Part shown: positions 49,351-60,554 of the stretch, in pieces
How the letters are laid out: each line of letters starts with the position of its first letter
How positions within the stretch are numbered: position 1 is the stretch's first letter
Source: Azolla caroliniana
Lineage: Eukaryota > Plantae > Polypodiophyta
Direction of reading: 5' to 3'
Length of the DNA stretch: 64,000 bases
Assembly (NCBI GenBank): GCA_043228905.1
Contig: JBHGNT010000016.1
Span: 8,184,001-8,248,000 of the forward strand
Notes under the pieces: generated by a model
Databases searched by the model: none
What the model was told of the DNA's origin: nothing
What the model saw: only the letters and a program-made list of their open reading frames with translations
Translations under genes and position numbers: made by a program

Positions 49351-52035
49351 TCATGTACTTTTGATCCATTTAGATTCATTCTCAAAGGCAAATCTACCAA
49401 CCTCTATGTTTCCCCATTTTTCACACCCTGTGAGCATTGCATCCCAAATGAGGGGAAGAGAATCAGATTGCATTTTTGCAGCCATCTTGAGGGCCATATC
49501 TAAATGGCCCGCCCGAGCAAGAAGAGAGACCATGCACGTGTGATGCTCAATAGTAGGACTAATTCCATAGTCCTCAGTCATTATCTCAAGATATGCTTGA
49601 CCCTTCTCCACCAAGCCTCCATGACAACATGCAACTAGAACACCAACAAAAGTGCCAGAATCTGGCAAAACTCCTTCAAGTTGCATGTGTTCGAAGCATC
49701 TCAAAGCCTCTACCCCATGCTTGAATTTGGCATATCCTGCAATCAATGCATTCCACGAGTTCACGTCTCGAGATGGAAGCATATCAAACACATCTTGCGC
49801 CTTTATAAGCAATCCACATTTCATATACATGTCCGCAAGTGCATTCCCGATAGACACATCTGCTTCCAGCAAACCTTCCCTATCCACCTCAGCATGAATT
49901 TCCTGACCTTTCTCTATGGCTCCAATACTACCACAAGCCTTCAAGCCACAAACATAAGTCACCACATTTGGACTGATCCCATTGGATTGCATCTGATTGA
50001 AACAGTTCAATGCTTCTTTTCCATGTCCATTATTGGCATATCCTGCAATCAATGCTGTCCATGAGACTGTATCGCGAACAATGAGTTTGTCGAAAACCTC
50101 CTGAGCATGCTGAAGCAAGCCACATTTTGCATACATATCAACCAATGCACTGCCAATAACACTATCTCTTTCTAATAACCCTTGCTTGGAAATCTCTACA
50201 TGTATTTCTCTGCCTTCTTTGATGGCCCCAAGGCTGCCACAAGCTTTCAAAGTACATACAAATGTAACAGCATCTGGAGAGATATTCTCGTCTTGCATCT
50301 GTTCAAAACAAGCTATTGCTTCCTTACCACACTCATATTTTACATAACCTGAGATCAATGCGTTCCATGAGATCACATCACGAACCAAAAGATTATCGAG
50401 TACTTCTTTTGCTCTTCTGAGGTATCCACATTTCGAATACATGTCAACCAAAGCACTGCCCACTACAACATTCTTTTCCAAACATCCTCGTCTGGAGATC
50501 TCTATATGTATTTCTCGGCCCTTGTCTATGTCCCCAGTGGTAGCACAAGCTTTCAACCCACAAACGAGTGTGCTAACATCAGGGGCAACTCCTTCGAGCT
50601 GCATATGAGAGAAGCATTTTAATGCTTCTTTCCCATATTCATGTCTAGCATATCCAGACATTAGTGCATTCCATGTGATTACATCACGTAAAGGAAGAAC
50701 ATCAAACACCTCTTGTGCTTTCATGAGCAAACCACAGTTCCCATACATGTCAACTAATGCATTACCAACAGCAATTTCTTTATAGAGCACACCTTTCTTT
50801 ACAGTTTCAGCATGTATTTCCTCACCTTTTGATGTTTCCCCAACTCTCCCACACGCTGTCAACGAGCATACATAAGTGACAGCATTCGGGGTCACCCCTT
50901 TGAGTTTCATTCTTTCAAAGCATTCAAGAGCTGACTCTCCACTCTCATACTTAGCATATCCTGATATAAGTGATGTCCACGATACTACATCTTGGATGCA
51001 AAGATCATCAAAAGCTTCTTGTGCATTTGCAAGCAACCCACACTTCGCATACATGTCGACTAGTGCATTGCCAATCACTATATTATCTCTAATCATCTCT
51101 AATTTTGCTATTTGGGCATGAATTTGTTTACCTTCTGTAGATGATCCAATGTGAGTACAAGCATTCAAGCAACAAACAAAAGTGACTGCATTAGGAGGTA
51201 TCCCTTCATTAAGCATCTGTCCAAAAGAATATAGTGCTTTCATACCACTATTTTGGTTTGTATATCCTGCAATCAAAGTCGTCCACGAGACTATGTCACG
51301 ATTTGAAAGATCATCAAACACTTCTTGTGCTTTTGTAACAAAACCAAATTTGGCATAGAAATCTATCAAAGCATTAGCTACAACAACATTCTTCGCCATA
51401 AGACCAATCCTAGCAATCTCAGCGTGTATCTCTATGCTCTTATCTATGGATCTAAAAGAGTAACAAGCTTTCAAAATGTAAACAAAAGTAACGACATTGG
51501 GAGAGATACCATGATCTTGCATCTCTTCAAAGCAATTGAAAGCCAGTTCAAAATGCTCTTTCTTCGCATACCCATAGATTATAGCATTCCAAGATCCGAT
51601 TGATCGAATTGGGAGGCGATCAAAAACCTCTTTTGCCTTATTGAGATCACCACATTTAGCATACATGTCAAGCAAAGCATTCCCAACAAAAAGGTTTTGA
51701 TCTAGAAGACCCTTTCTAGCTATATCCGAGTGTAATGTATACCCTTTTTGGCTATCTTTGAGCTCAGCACAAGCTCTGAGTAAGGACACAAAGGAAGCTG
51801 GATTCAAGAGTGAATGAGAATTCTTGTTTTGCAGGATTTCTTCATACAAATGGAGTGCAAGATGTGATTCACCATTTCTGATATGAGCTCTTAGGGCAGA
51901 AGAAAACCCATGAAATGGTTTTGTGGGCATGCCAGTTATGAAGATGAAAAGAGTTACTATATTTCTACTGAAGCTCTGTTTTCTTGTGGAACTGCAATAA
52001 GAACCAAGGGAGTGAGTGGGTTTTGAGCCCACAAC
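49351..52035 (-). CDS. PLS-class pentatricopeptide repeat protein with partial E domain (putative organellar RNA-editing factor)
   Basis: About 7 P-L-S triplets (GNALVDMYAKCG...RDVVSWTALIAGY...PNVVTYVCGLKAC), then YGISPTIEHHTCMVSLLARAG and an E1 motif; ORF opens at an acceptor-like TTCTTACCTTAG (52037-52036); first in-frame ATG at 51930. Confidence 0.92.
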   Translation of the reverse strand, partial: VVGSKPTHSLGSYCSSTRKQSFSRNIVTLFIFITGMPTKPFHGFSSALRAHIRNGESHLALHLYEEILQNKNSHSLLNPASFVSLLRACAELKDSQKGYTLHSDIARKGLLDQNLFVGNALLDMYAKCGDLNKAKEVFDRLPIRSIGSWNAIIYGYAKKEHFELAFNCFEEMQDHGISPNVVTFVYILKACYSFRSIDKSIEIHAEIARIGLMAKNVVVANALIDFYAKFGFVTKAQEVFDDLSNRDIVSWTTLIAGYTNQNSGMKALYSFGQMLNEGIPPNAVTFVCCLNACTHIGSSTEGKQIHAQIAKLEMIRDNIVIGNALVDMYAKCGLLANAQEAFDDLCIQDVVSWTSLISGYAKYESGESALECFERMKLKGVTPNAVTYVCSLTACGRVGETSKGEEIHAETVKKGVLYKEIAVGNALVDMYGNCGLLMKAQEVFDVLPLRDVITWNALMSGYARHEYGKEALKCFSHMQLEGVAPDVSTLVCGLKACATTGDIDKGREIHIEISRRGCLEKNVVVGSALVDMYSKCGYLRRAKEVLDNLLVRDVISWNALISGYVKYECGKEAIACFEQMQDENISPDAVTFVCTLKACGSLGAIKEGREIHVEISKQGLLERDSVIGSALVDMYAKCGLLQHAQEVFDKLIVRDTVSWTALIAGYANNGHGKEALNCFNQMQSNGISPNVVTYVCGLKACGSIGAIEKGQEIHAEVDREGLLEADVSIGNALADMYMKCGLLIKAQDVFDMLPSRDVNSWNALIAGYAKFKHGVEALRCFEHMQLEGVLPDSGTFVGVLVACCHGGLVEKGQAYLEIMTEDYGISPTIEHHTCMVSLLARAGHLDMALKMAAKMQSDSLPLIWDAMLTGCEKWGNIEVGRFAFENESKWIKST

Positions 52036-53574
52036 CTAAGGTAAGAAGATTGGGGGTAACATTCAAAAACTTGTATTAGGAGAATAAAGAGTTCAATGAG
52101 TGAGTTTGTTCTTCCACGGAGACTCTATGGCCATTCCGTAATGGCATGGTGTATGTATGGCTTGCAATTCATTGGTTCGAACACTATGGCCTTATGGATT
52201 TCCATACTTATATAGCACACAACCTTGTGTATATCAAACAAGCAGTTGTTTGGGCCCTAGAACATTCGCAACGTGTTGCACGTGCATGTGCATGTGTGTC
52301 CTCTTGTTCGTCAAAAAGAGACAAGGTGAAACTATCCTTGGATTAACACTAAGCATGATTAACTCATATCGTAAGGTCAAAGCAGAACACTTCTACCCAT
52401 TTGTTAAGAGTCTATTACTAAACAATAGACCGAAATAAAGTAAAATAAAGGTAAATCGATTGGAGAGAAGAACTGGTTCCACTTGACCACCCACAAGCTA
52501 TGATCAAGACATGGCCAACTTACCATTGACATCCCATACCGACGGATATTAGGATGACTAATAACTTGGAAGAGATAACATGATCGTCACGGCAAAAGCC
52601 TAGGCCGCACCATTGGTATCTTAAGACAACAACCTTCCGACATAATGTGTTTTATGAGGGTAGCTAGGCCTCATATTTAAACCTCTTCCTAGGCCTCTTA
52701 AATCAATGTGCCTTTCTAAAAGACTCTCCATTCATTGGTTGTCAAGATCATGATACCATTCCTCAAGAGTCAAAAGGTATCATATTAACAAGTTCAAGTT
52801 GCAATCTTGATATCTGTATTATATGTACTCCTTGAAAACGTTGTACCTTTCATGATTCAAACCTTTAGTTTGAACCTTGTGGCAATTTGACATCAATCTC
52901 TATTTTCCTCAGTTTTTAGGTTTTCTTCCTTTACCTTGTACTCTTAAAAGTCGAACCTCATGGCAAGCTAGTAGCAGTCAATTGATCTAATGGTTTCAGT
53001 TCAAGTCTACTTGGAAGAAGAATATAAGGAAGCCTCTTGAAATTTGAAATCAATTTACGTGTCCAAAAGGGAGAGGAAATTAGCATGACATTAATTTGAT
53101 GCATTGGCTTTATACACAATGTAAGAGACATCACACACTCCCTCAAATAATTGTATGTAGATTCACATTGCAAGTTTGTGGGGTTCAAATCTTGAGTGAT
53201 AGTTATCACATTGTGTTTATCATGAAAATGCTTCATGCTTGTGGTTTAAGAGCATGTACACTGACAAGATTTCTCCTAAGAATGGTCTACAACTCTAATG
53301 TTGACATTTAGATTTAGGCAATGCTAAGAACGGTAATCAAAAGATGGGGGTCTAATTAGGGGGGATATTGCATGGTAGAGAACTAGAGATAGAGGTACAA
53401 GTCCCTAAACGATTATGAAATCAGCATTGGACATTCAAAGACAAAAGAAAAAGGAAATTGAAAGTCATATTCTCATTAAGAAAAACAACTATATATGAGC
53501 CTAATGAGAGCTACCATGCCTACTTTGCAAAAACCATTAATGAACTAAAAAAAGGACACCCACTTTGGGTACAA

Positions 53575-56439
53575 ATTTTTTTTTTTCCAAAATGAAGCTA
53601 CTTTCCCATTAGTTAGGTAAGATTATTACAAAGAGACTGTACAAGGAGGCTTAAGCATAGAACGGGGAATCACCCTCCGCTCAAGTCCTAGAAATTGAGA
53701 CTAGTTACAACGCTTTTCAAACGGACTACTTAGTGTAAGTACCAACAGCTAAAACAATGCCCTGTACTGATGACTAGTACGAGACAACTCTTGGGGCCGA
53801 CAACAGAGGGAGGGTGGTAAGTGAGCCGGAAACAGCCAACGTGGGGGCTGGTAGTTCCACCTCGGGCCACTCCCTCCTAGTGTCACCATAGGCGTGTTCC
53901 GCCATTTCTGCCAAAAACGCAAATGGGCAGTATCCACGTCGGAGGAGTGGCTGCAAACCTCGTCCAATTGCCCTCGTAGGCAGCTAATAAGCGCAAACCA
54001 TATGTCCATGATCACTTCCTCCGGGGGTCGCACCAGATCCTAGAAGACCTTTAGGCAACGCGCTTTCCATACGTACCACAGGGTGAAGCCTGCGATCAGC
54101 ATCCAAATGTCCGGGAACCTAGGGGATGCGGACTGCAAGCCTCTCCCAAATCGAATCTTGGAGATTTTTCCTTGCATGCATACATAACACCAACTATCCG
54201 CATTGAAGGCATCCGTCCACCTATCACCAGAATGATCAAGCCATGCCGCAGCACTCCACGATGTTGTTCCTTCCACTTCACATGCCAAAAGGAGGCGAGT
54301 CACCCTATCCCATACCTTTTGAGCGTGAGGGCAATCCCATAGACAATGCCTCAGAGTCTCAATAGGTGAATGGCAAAGTGGGCAGCCTAACGGGCCGCCA
54401 CGTTTACCTAGCCATTCGCCAACTGGAACCACATTATGCTCGATTTGCCACCAAAAAAACTTTATCTCTTCCGGCAAGTGGAGACACCAGAGACCCTTCC
54501 AGAAGGTAATGAGCACCTCATCCGGGATGCCCAATGTACGCCAACCATTGCGTAGGGGGGGCGTGTAGCTGTAGTTGAAAGGCTCGACCTAGTTTAGTGT
54601 TGTACTCGAAGAAATGGTGAAATCTGCCATCATGTTTCTACCTGAAATCCCTTGGGTCCCATTCTAGTTCGACGAGGGGACGACAACCATACACCCATAA
54701 CTTCAAGAAGACCGTAGTTGCAATTGGTCGAGAGCTAAGCTGGAGGAAGCAAAGTTGAAGCTGCGGGAAAGGAAGTTGGAGAAGAACCGCATGCTATTTC
54801 GCAGGGCCGCAGCATGGTGGGCTAGAACAGACGACAAGGTCAACCGTCATTTCTTTCACTCCAGGGCACCCAAGGGTGGTGGTGGACATATACAAGGGCT
54901 GCGCAAACCAGACGGCTCAATAACGGAGGACAAGGATGAGATTCTGCATATGACAACCCAATATTATCGCGACCTGCTCGCACCTATGCATATGCAGCAA
55001 AACACGGAGCTGGTTGAGAGAGTGATGGCTTGCATTCACCCCAAGGTCACCCAAGAGATGGAAGTTGTGCTTGATAGCCCCATTTCTCGATTAGAACTCT
55101 CAGAGGCACTTCGAGATTTGCGGAGAGGAGCATGCCCCGGCCTTGATGGTCTCTCACGAGATTTTTTTGAGATTCATTGGGAAACCGTTATCCCGATAGT
55201 GGAAGCTGGGATTCAAGAGATTTGGTCCTCAGGAGTGATGCCAACTGGACTAGCGGAGGGAATGATCTATCTCATCCCTAAAGCGGCAGGGCGAAGCCTT
55301 GAGCTGCGCCAATGGCGCCCAATCACGATCCTTAACACAATATACAAGATACTCGCAAAAGTCCTAGCTAGGCGAATAACAAGCTTCCTACCGGACATCA
55401 TACATGAGAATCAAACAGGGTTTATCAGAGGTAGGTGTATCTTTGACAATGTGCTGCTTCTCTGGGAAGTTATGGCATTGGCAGATAGCACCGCATCGAG
55501 CTCGGCTATTCTGATGTTAGACTTTGAGAAGGCCTATGACAGGGTGTTATGGCCCTTTCTGGAAAGAGCGATGAGAGCTATGGGCCTTCCCCCGCAATGG
55601 AGGAATTGCACTTCTGCACTCTATCGGACTGCTACCAGTAGCATGTTGGTATCTGGTGCAAGGGGCCCCGCCTTCCAACTACATCGCTCAGTGAGGCAAG
55701 GATGTCCCCTAGCCCCATATCTCTATCTCTTTGTAACCGAGGCTTTCTTAGCCTTCTTACAAGCACCAAGAAATGGACTAAGGGGATTTCCCATCCCCAA
55801 TGCGACTGAGGATCTTCTGTTATCTGAATATGCCGACGATACAGTCCTTTTTTTGCAGGGCGATGATGCAAATCTACAACGAGCTGAACATCTTGTTGAA
55901 GACTTTTGTCAGGCTGCCGGTGCCAAGATCAATTGGGATAAAACCCAAGGCCTGTGGTTCAATGAACAAGAGAAGCCAAGGTGGCATCCCCATGCTGATT
56001 TTGCATGGGTCCCTGACGGGATGACATTCAAGTACCTCGGATTTACAATGGGGAGGGCAATCCCCAAGGGAGCGCAATTGTCACATGTGCAAGCCAAACT
56101 AAGCAAGAAGATGAACCAATGGAGCAGGTCTAAACTATCCTTTGCTAGGAGGGTTCTTATTGCGAACCAAGTGATGCTTGCCACTATGTGGCACTCAGTC
56201 TCGTGCTGGATTATGGTCCCTTCAGGCTTGCGCGCGGTTAAGGCTGCCATCAGGGGGTTTATATGGTTAGGAAAGGACAACCCGATGGCTGCCGCCAGAG
56301 TGTCATGGCATTGGTTAACACAACCGTGGGCCAAAGGGGGGCTTGGCCTCATAGACCCCTTAATGCAGAGTCGAGCATTGCTAGCCAAAATGGTGGTTCG
56401 CTGCCTCCTACCAGGTAAGGGGTGTTGGAAGGTTCTACT
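53575..56439 (-). mobile_element. L1-type LINE insertion with 5' inversion; poly(A) at 53576-53586; TSD CCACTTTGGGTACAA
   Basis: C-terminal zf-RVT part on minus (53749-~54690), RT part on plus (~54690-56439; LDFEKAYD, QGCPLAP, YADD); identical 15-bp flanks at 53560-53574 and 56440-56454. Confidence 0.9.
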
Positions 56440-57359
56440 CCACTTTGGGTACAATTTTAATGTTTCTACATGCTCTTTGGTTAGAAGACCTTTGAATTTC
56501 TCCTACTAATTCCAAAATTTTCATGGCATCACCCTCACGATTTATAGGTTGAGATTGTTCATAGAGATTTTCCAATATATGAATGTTCATTGAGAATTGC
56601 TCGTTGGGCAAGCTTGCAAAATAAATATACATTATACCATGGGCTTTTCGACATAAAATGGTGGAGAAGTGCACCATGCATTCAAAGCTTTGACCTAATT
56701 CTTATAATAATAATAAAATGATAGCATGGCTTATGTGTGATGGTGGTTTCCTAAATGAGTATGATTATTGTCGATGGTGCACGATGGAAAGGATGTGCTT
56801 AAGTTGCCCAATAATGTCATCAGACATGGTAAAGCCAAATGATGGTCATTGTGCGTGTACATGACCATAAAACCATGATATAAAGTGAAACATATATGAC
56901 ATGCCATGTTCAAATCACTATCGAGAGAGCAATAAAAAATCAACATACATTAAATAAAATACCAATTGTTAAGTACGGGTCATTTGGTTCAAGATGCACA
57001 AAGGCCTCGACACCAACAATATACATAAAGCTAAATAGGACACTAAAAAAAGGTGGGAGATAGTAAATCTCAATTAAAACCTATAGCCAAATGGCCACCC
57101 TAATGTGAAAGGGGTCAAATCTCATTGTAAAAAGCTATAAAAGTCATGTTTTGGTAACTTTGGTAGGCTTCTCAATCTTCCACTTGAGACAAAGAGTGAT
57201 TAAGGTTAAGTGTTAATTAGCCAAATCATAATAACTCTACCTCTTGTATGTGTGACATATATATCTTCATAATAGAAGCGTTATTTATCTGATCTTGTAC
57301 TCTTCTTATGTGTATGTGTATTTATGGATGATCTTCTATTAAGAGAGAGTTAAAACAAG

Positions 57360-60290
57360 ATAGATAGATAGATTCTATTATCATCTTCAGAGGTAAAATA
57401 TGACATATGAGACCAAAAATATTACATTTCACGTGATACATGTGAAAGTGAGTAGTGACTCTCGATGTTCAAGCACTTTACCAATGAATGTTGCAATCGA
57501 GACTGCACATTGTGGTTGTGAGAGAAATTCGTGCAAAGATTGAGGTTGGTCGAAGATTTGTGGAAAGCATGGTCGAATATGATCATAGGCAGAGCATTGT
57601 ATCAAAGTGTGATACTCAGACTCTCGAACTTGTTTGGAGAAAAGTATACATAGTTGGCCACTCTCATCGCTTGTACCAAATGCCCCATCTCACATCACAA
57701 TGCATGTGAGCTAAGTCACATGGAAGCAATGGTTTGAATAGCAGACAACGGGATGGGCTCTAACATTGTATTGATGTGTGTGATTTCCCCATTCCGCAAA
57801 GAATATCGTTTTGTAGTTAGATGCAACATGATAGTATAATGGGTGAAGCGTGAACCGCCACATTTGTCCCATGTCATGATACATTGGCATTGCAAAAACG
57901 CCTCATTTACAGTAGAATCTAGTGATGCATCATTAAGCAAGTGTGTTGCATCCCATCTACCAAACCACTTTTCCATATCTTGCATCCAACTGGAACACAA
58001 AATTTTGTTTTTATGTGTCTTTTGGATCTTTTTGTTTCCATTCTAGGAAGTCGATGTGAGGGACTTTTTTCACCTTACGCATGTATTCAACAACCCTTTC
58101 CATGGCCACGATCTCAATGGGGAGTGATCCCGTCTCAAAGAGGAGAGTGTATGGCGTTTGTTTCTTAACTTGTAGAAACTTTGTAAGAAAATGTTTCTGG
58201 ATATTTTCAAACTCTTTCCAAGTGGATTTTGGGATGCTACCACCCCATACTTCCACCCCATAGAGAAGCACCGGTGTCACCAAAATGTGAAAAAGATATT
58301 TCTTGAGGACCCAACACTTAATATCACCATGATTGCATGTGTTCTCAAATGCATAATATGCTCTCTTTACCACCTCTAAGCAGTGTGTAGCACATTCATT
58401 CCATCTATGATTTGAAGTCACTTCAAGGCCAAGATATTTGAAGCTTTCCAAACATTCAAGTGGCTCATTATTGTACATAATGCATGGTTTATCTTTTTAT
58501 TGGCTCTTCACAAGCATAATCTTTGTTTTAGAGCTATTTACACTTAACTTAGTATGCATGCAAAAAAAATCCAATGCCTTCATAATATGTTGTGCATCTC
58601 CTAAAGTATTTGCAAAAACCACAACATCATCTGCATATAGCAAAAGCATAATGACAACATTCCCAATGGCAACTTCTTCAACACATTCTTCCTTTACGAA
58701 TTTGGCAACCATTTCTTCCAATTTATCGATGCATAGACCAAATAGAGTTGGTGAGAGTGGACATCCTTGCTTAACACCAATAGTGTTATTGAAAAAATCT
58801 GAAAGCATGTCTCTCATGCGCACACAACATATAACCTTCTCATATATTTGGGAAATTTCAAGCATATATTCACTTGACACCTCAAGTTTCTCCATTCGCC
58901 TCCAAAGATGCTCACAAGGTACCATATGAAAAGCTTTCTTGAAGTCAACGAAGCAACAATATAAACCTTTACCTCTAAGGCGACTTTCCTCCATTAATAC
59001 TCAAAGGGTGACAAGGTGATCAATGGTGCTATGGTGTTTTTGAAAACCAGTTTGTCCATAAGCTCTCTTACCTTTTTTTTCAATGTATGCACTTATCTTT
59101 AATTCCATTATGCATTCAAATAGTTTTGTCATTAGGAAGCCAACCATGATGGTTCGATTGTTGTTTACATTATTTACATCTCCACCTTTATGTAAAAGGT
59201 TTGATCCAATTTGTAGTCCAATTGCACAACATACCATGTTGCAATGCATGATTAAACATATCACTTATCCGTGCATGTGCTTCTTTCCCGTCCATTTCAG
59301 CATTTCAACCTTTATACATTGAAGATCACTTGCCTTTCGAGAGGCCAATTTCTTAAGTCCTATGCATATATCTTCAATTGTAACGAAATGAGACATATGC
59401 GAAAGAGAACCATAAGACATCATCTTTCTAAAAAGAGATGGCTCGTATAAATTCTTACAATGCTTAGCCAAGTCAAGAAGTGTTAAGTCACCGTAACTCT
59501 CAACACATTTCCCCTTTAGATTTCCCCAAAATTTAGCACATGCATGTGCTTTCTCTTGTGTTCAGAGAAATTCTCGAGTAACTTCCCACATTCTTCTTTT
59601 TCTTTGAATAAACCTTTTGTACTCATGCAAATGCTTTTGGTAATTTTGTTTATCCGTAACTACATCAAAAATCAAAAGGCACTTTCGAGCTTCATGGCAT
59701 TCTTTATCAAACCATTTTTTCTTTGAACTACATTTCTTAATGCATTTCCAAGATGTGTGGTTGGTCGAGAAACATTTTGTTTGTACATGAGAGAATGACT
59801 TTCTTAAAAGCTTCCCATTTGCATTCTAGTGTGACACCATGTTGTATCTTTGTCATTTGTAACATATACTCAACCATCTTGGAATACATGGGTGCTTGTT
59901 TAAGGTTCATGCTCAAGTGTAGTTTTTTATTATCTCCAATGGCCTTCTCACAATCAAACCTATGCCTACATATGAGGTCAATACATAAAGTCTTATGATC
60001 GGATTCTAGTGTCAATTCACCAAATGAGAAGTTATGTATATGGTCCAAAATACCTTCAGAAAGTCGCACATAGTCGATTACACTATTTCCATTGTGTTTT
60101 CTACATGTAGAACTATTAGTATTGGGCCATAAGGATACACTATTTGCAATAAGCAATCTGGTACTATTGCACATTTGTAGGAGTAACTTCCCAAATTGGT
60201 TTGAATCTTTTTCATCACTAAAAGAGTGGTTATACATTTGTATATCCTCTTGCATCCTTCATATATGTGACAAGATTTTTGTGCATCCGC
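57360..60290 (-). mobile_element. Degenerate RTE-type LINE (endonuclease and RT remnants)
   Basis: SVIDYV endonuclease motif, CFVDFKKAF, GVKQGCPLSPTLF, LLLYADD, FKYLG; many stops; truncated at a (GA)n tract; (TATC)n tail. Confidence 0.88.
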
Positions 60291-60324
60291 GAGAGAGAGA
60301 GAAAGAGAGAGAGACCAGATGGAT

Positions 60325-60522
60325 GTAGCTCAGTTGGTAAGGTTGCCCAATGGAGACCAGGTGGTCATTAGTTCAACCCCTACATTCCACAATGGCATCT
60401 AGTGAAATAGAGATATATATGAAGTATATAATAGAGAGGTGAGGAAATTGGGTTTCGAACCCAAGACATGGTGTTTGAAGTGTTATCGACTTACCACTAG
60501 GGTAAGCTAATTACGATAAAAA
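60325..60522 (+). mobile_element. ~195-bp SINE-like element with two convergent tRNA-like modules
   Basis: Plus-strand TAGCTCAGTTGG (60326) and GTTCAACCCC (60371); minus-strand TACCCTAGTGG and GGTTCGAAACC; A-rich end. Confidence 0.72.
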
Positions 60523-60554
60523 GAGAGAGATATATATATATATCTAGATAGATT

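Noticed and set aside
54755-56509. Domesticated stand-alone RT gene
   Set aside because: TTG start and last 23 codons read into flanking DNA; explained as the inverted half of a LINE insertion.
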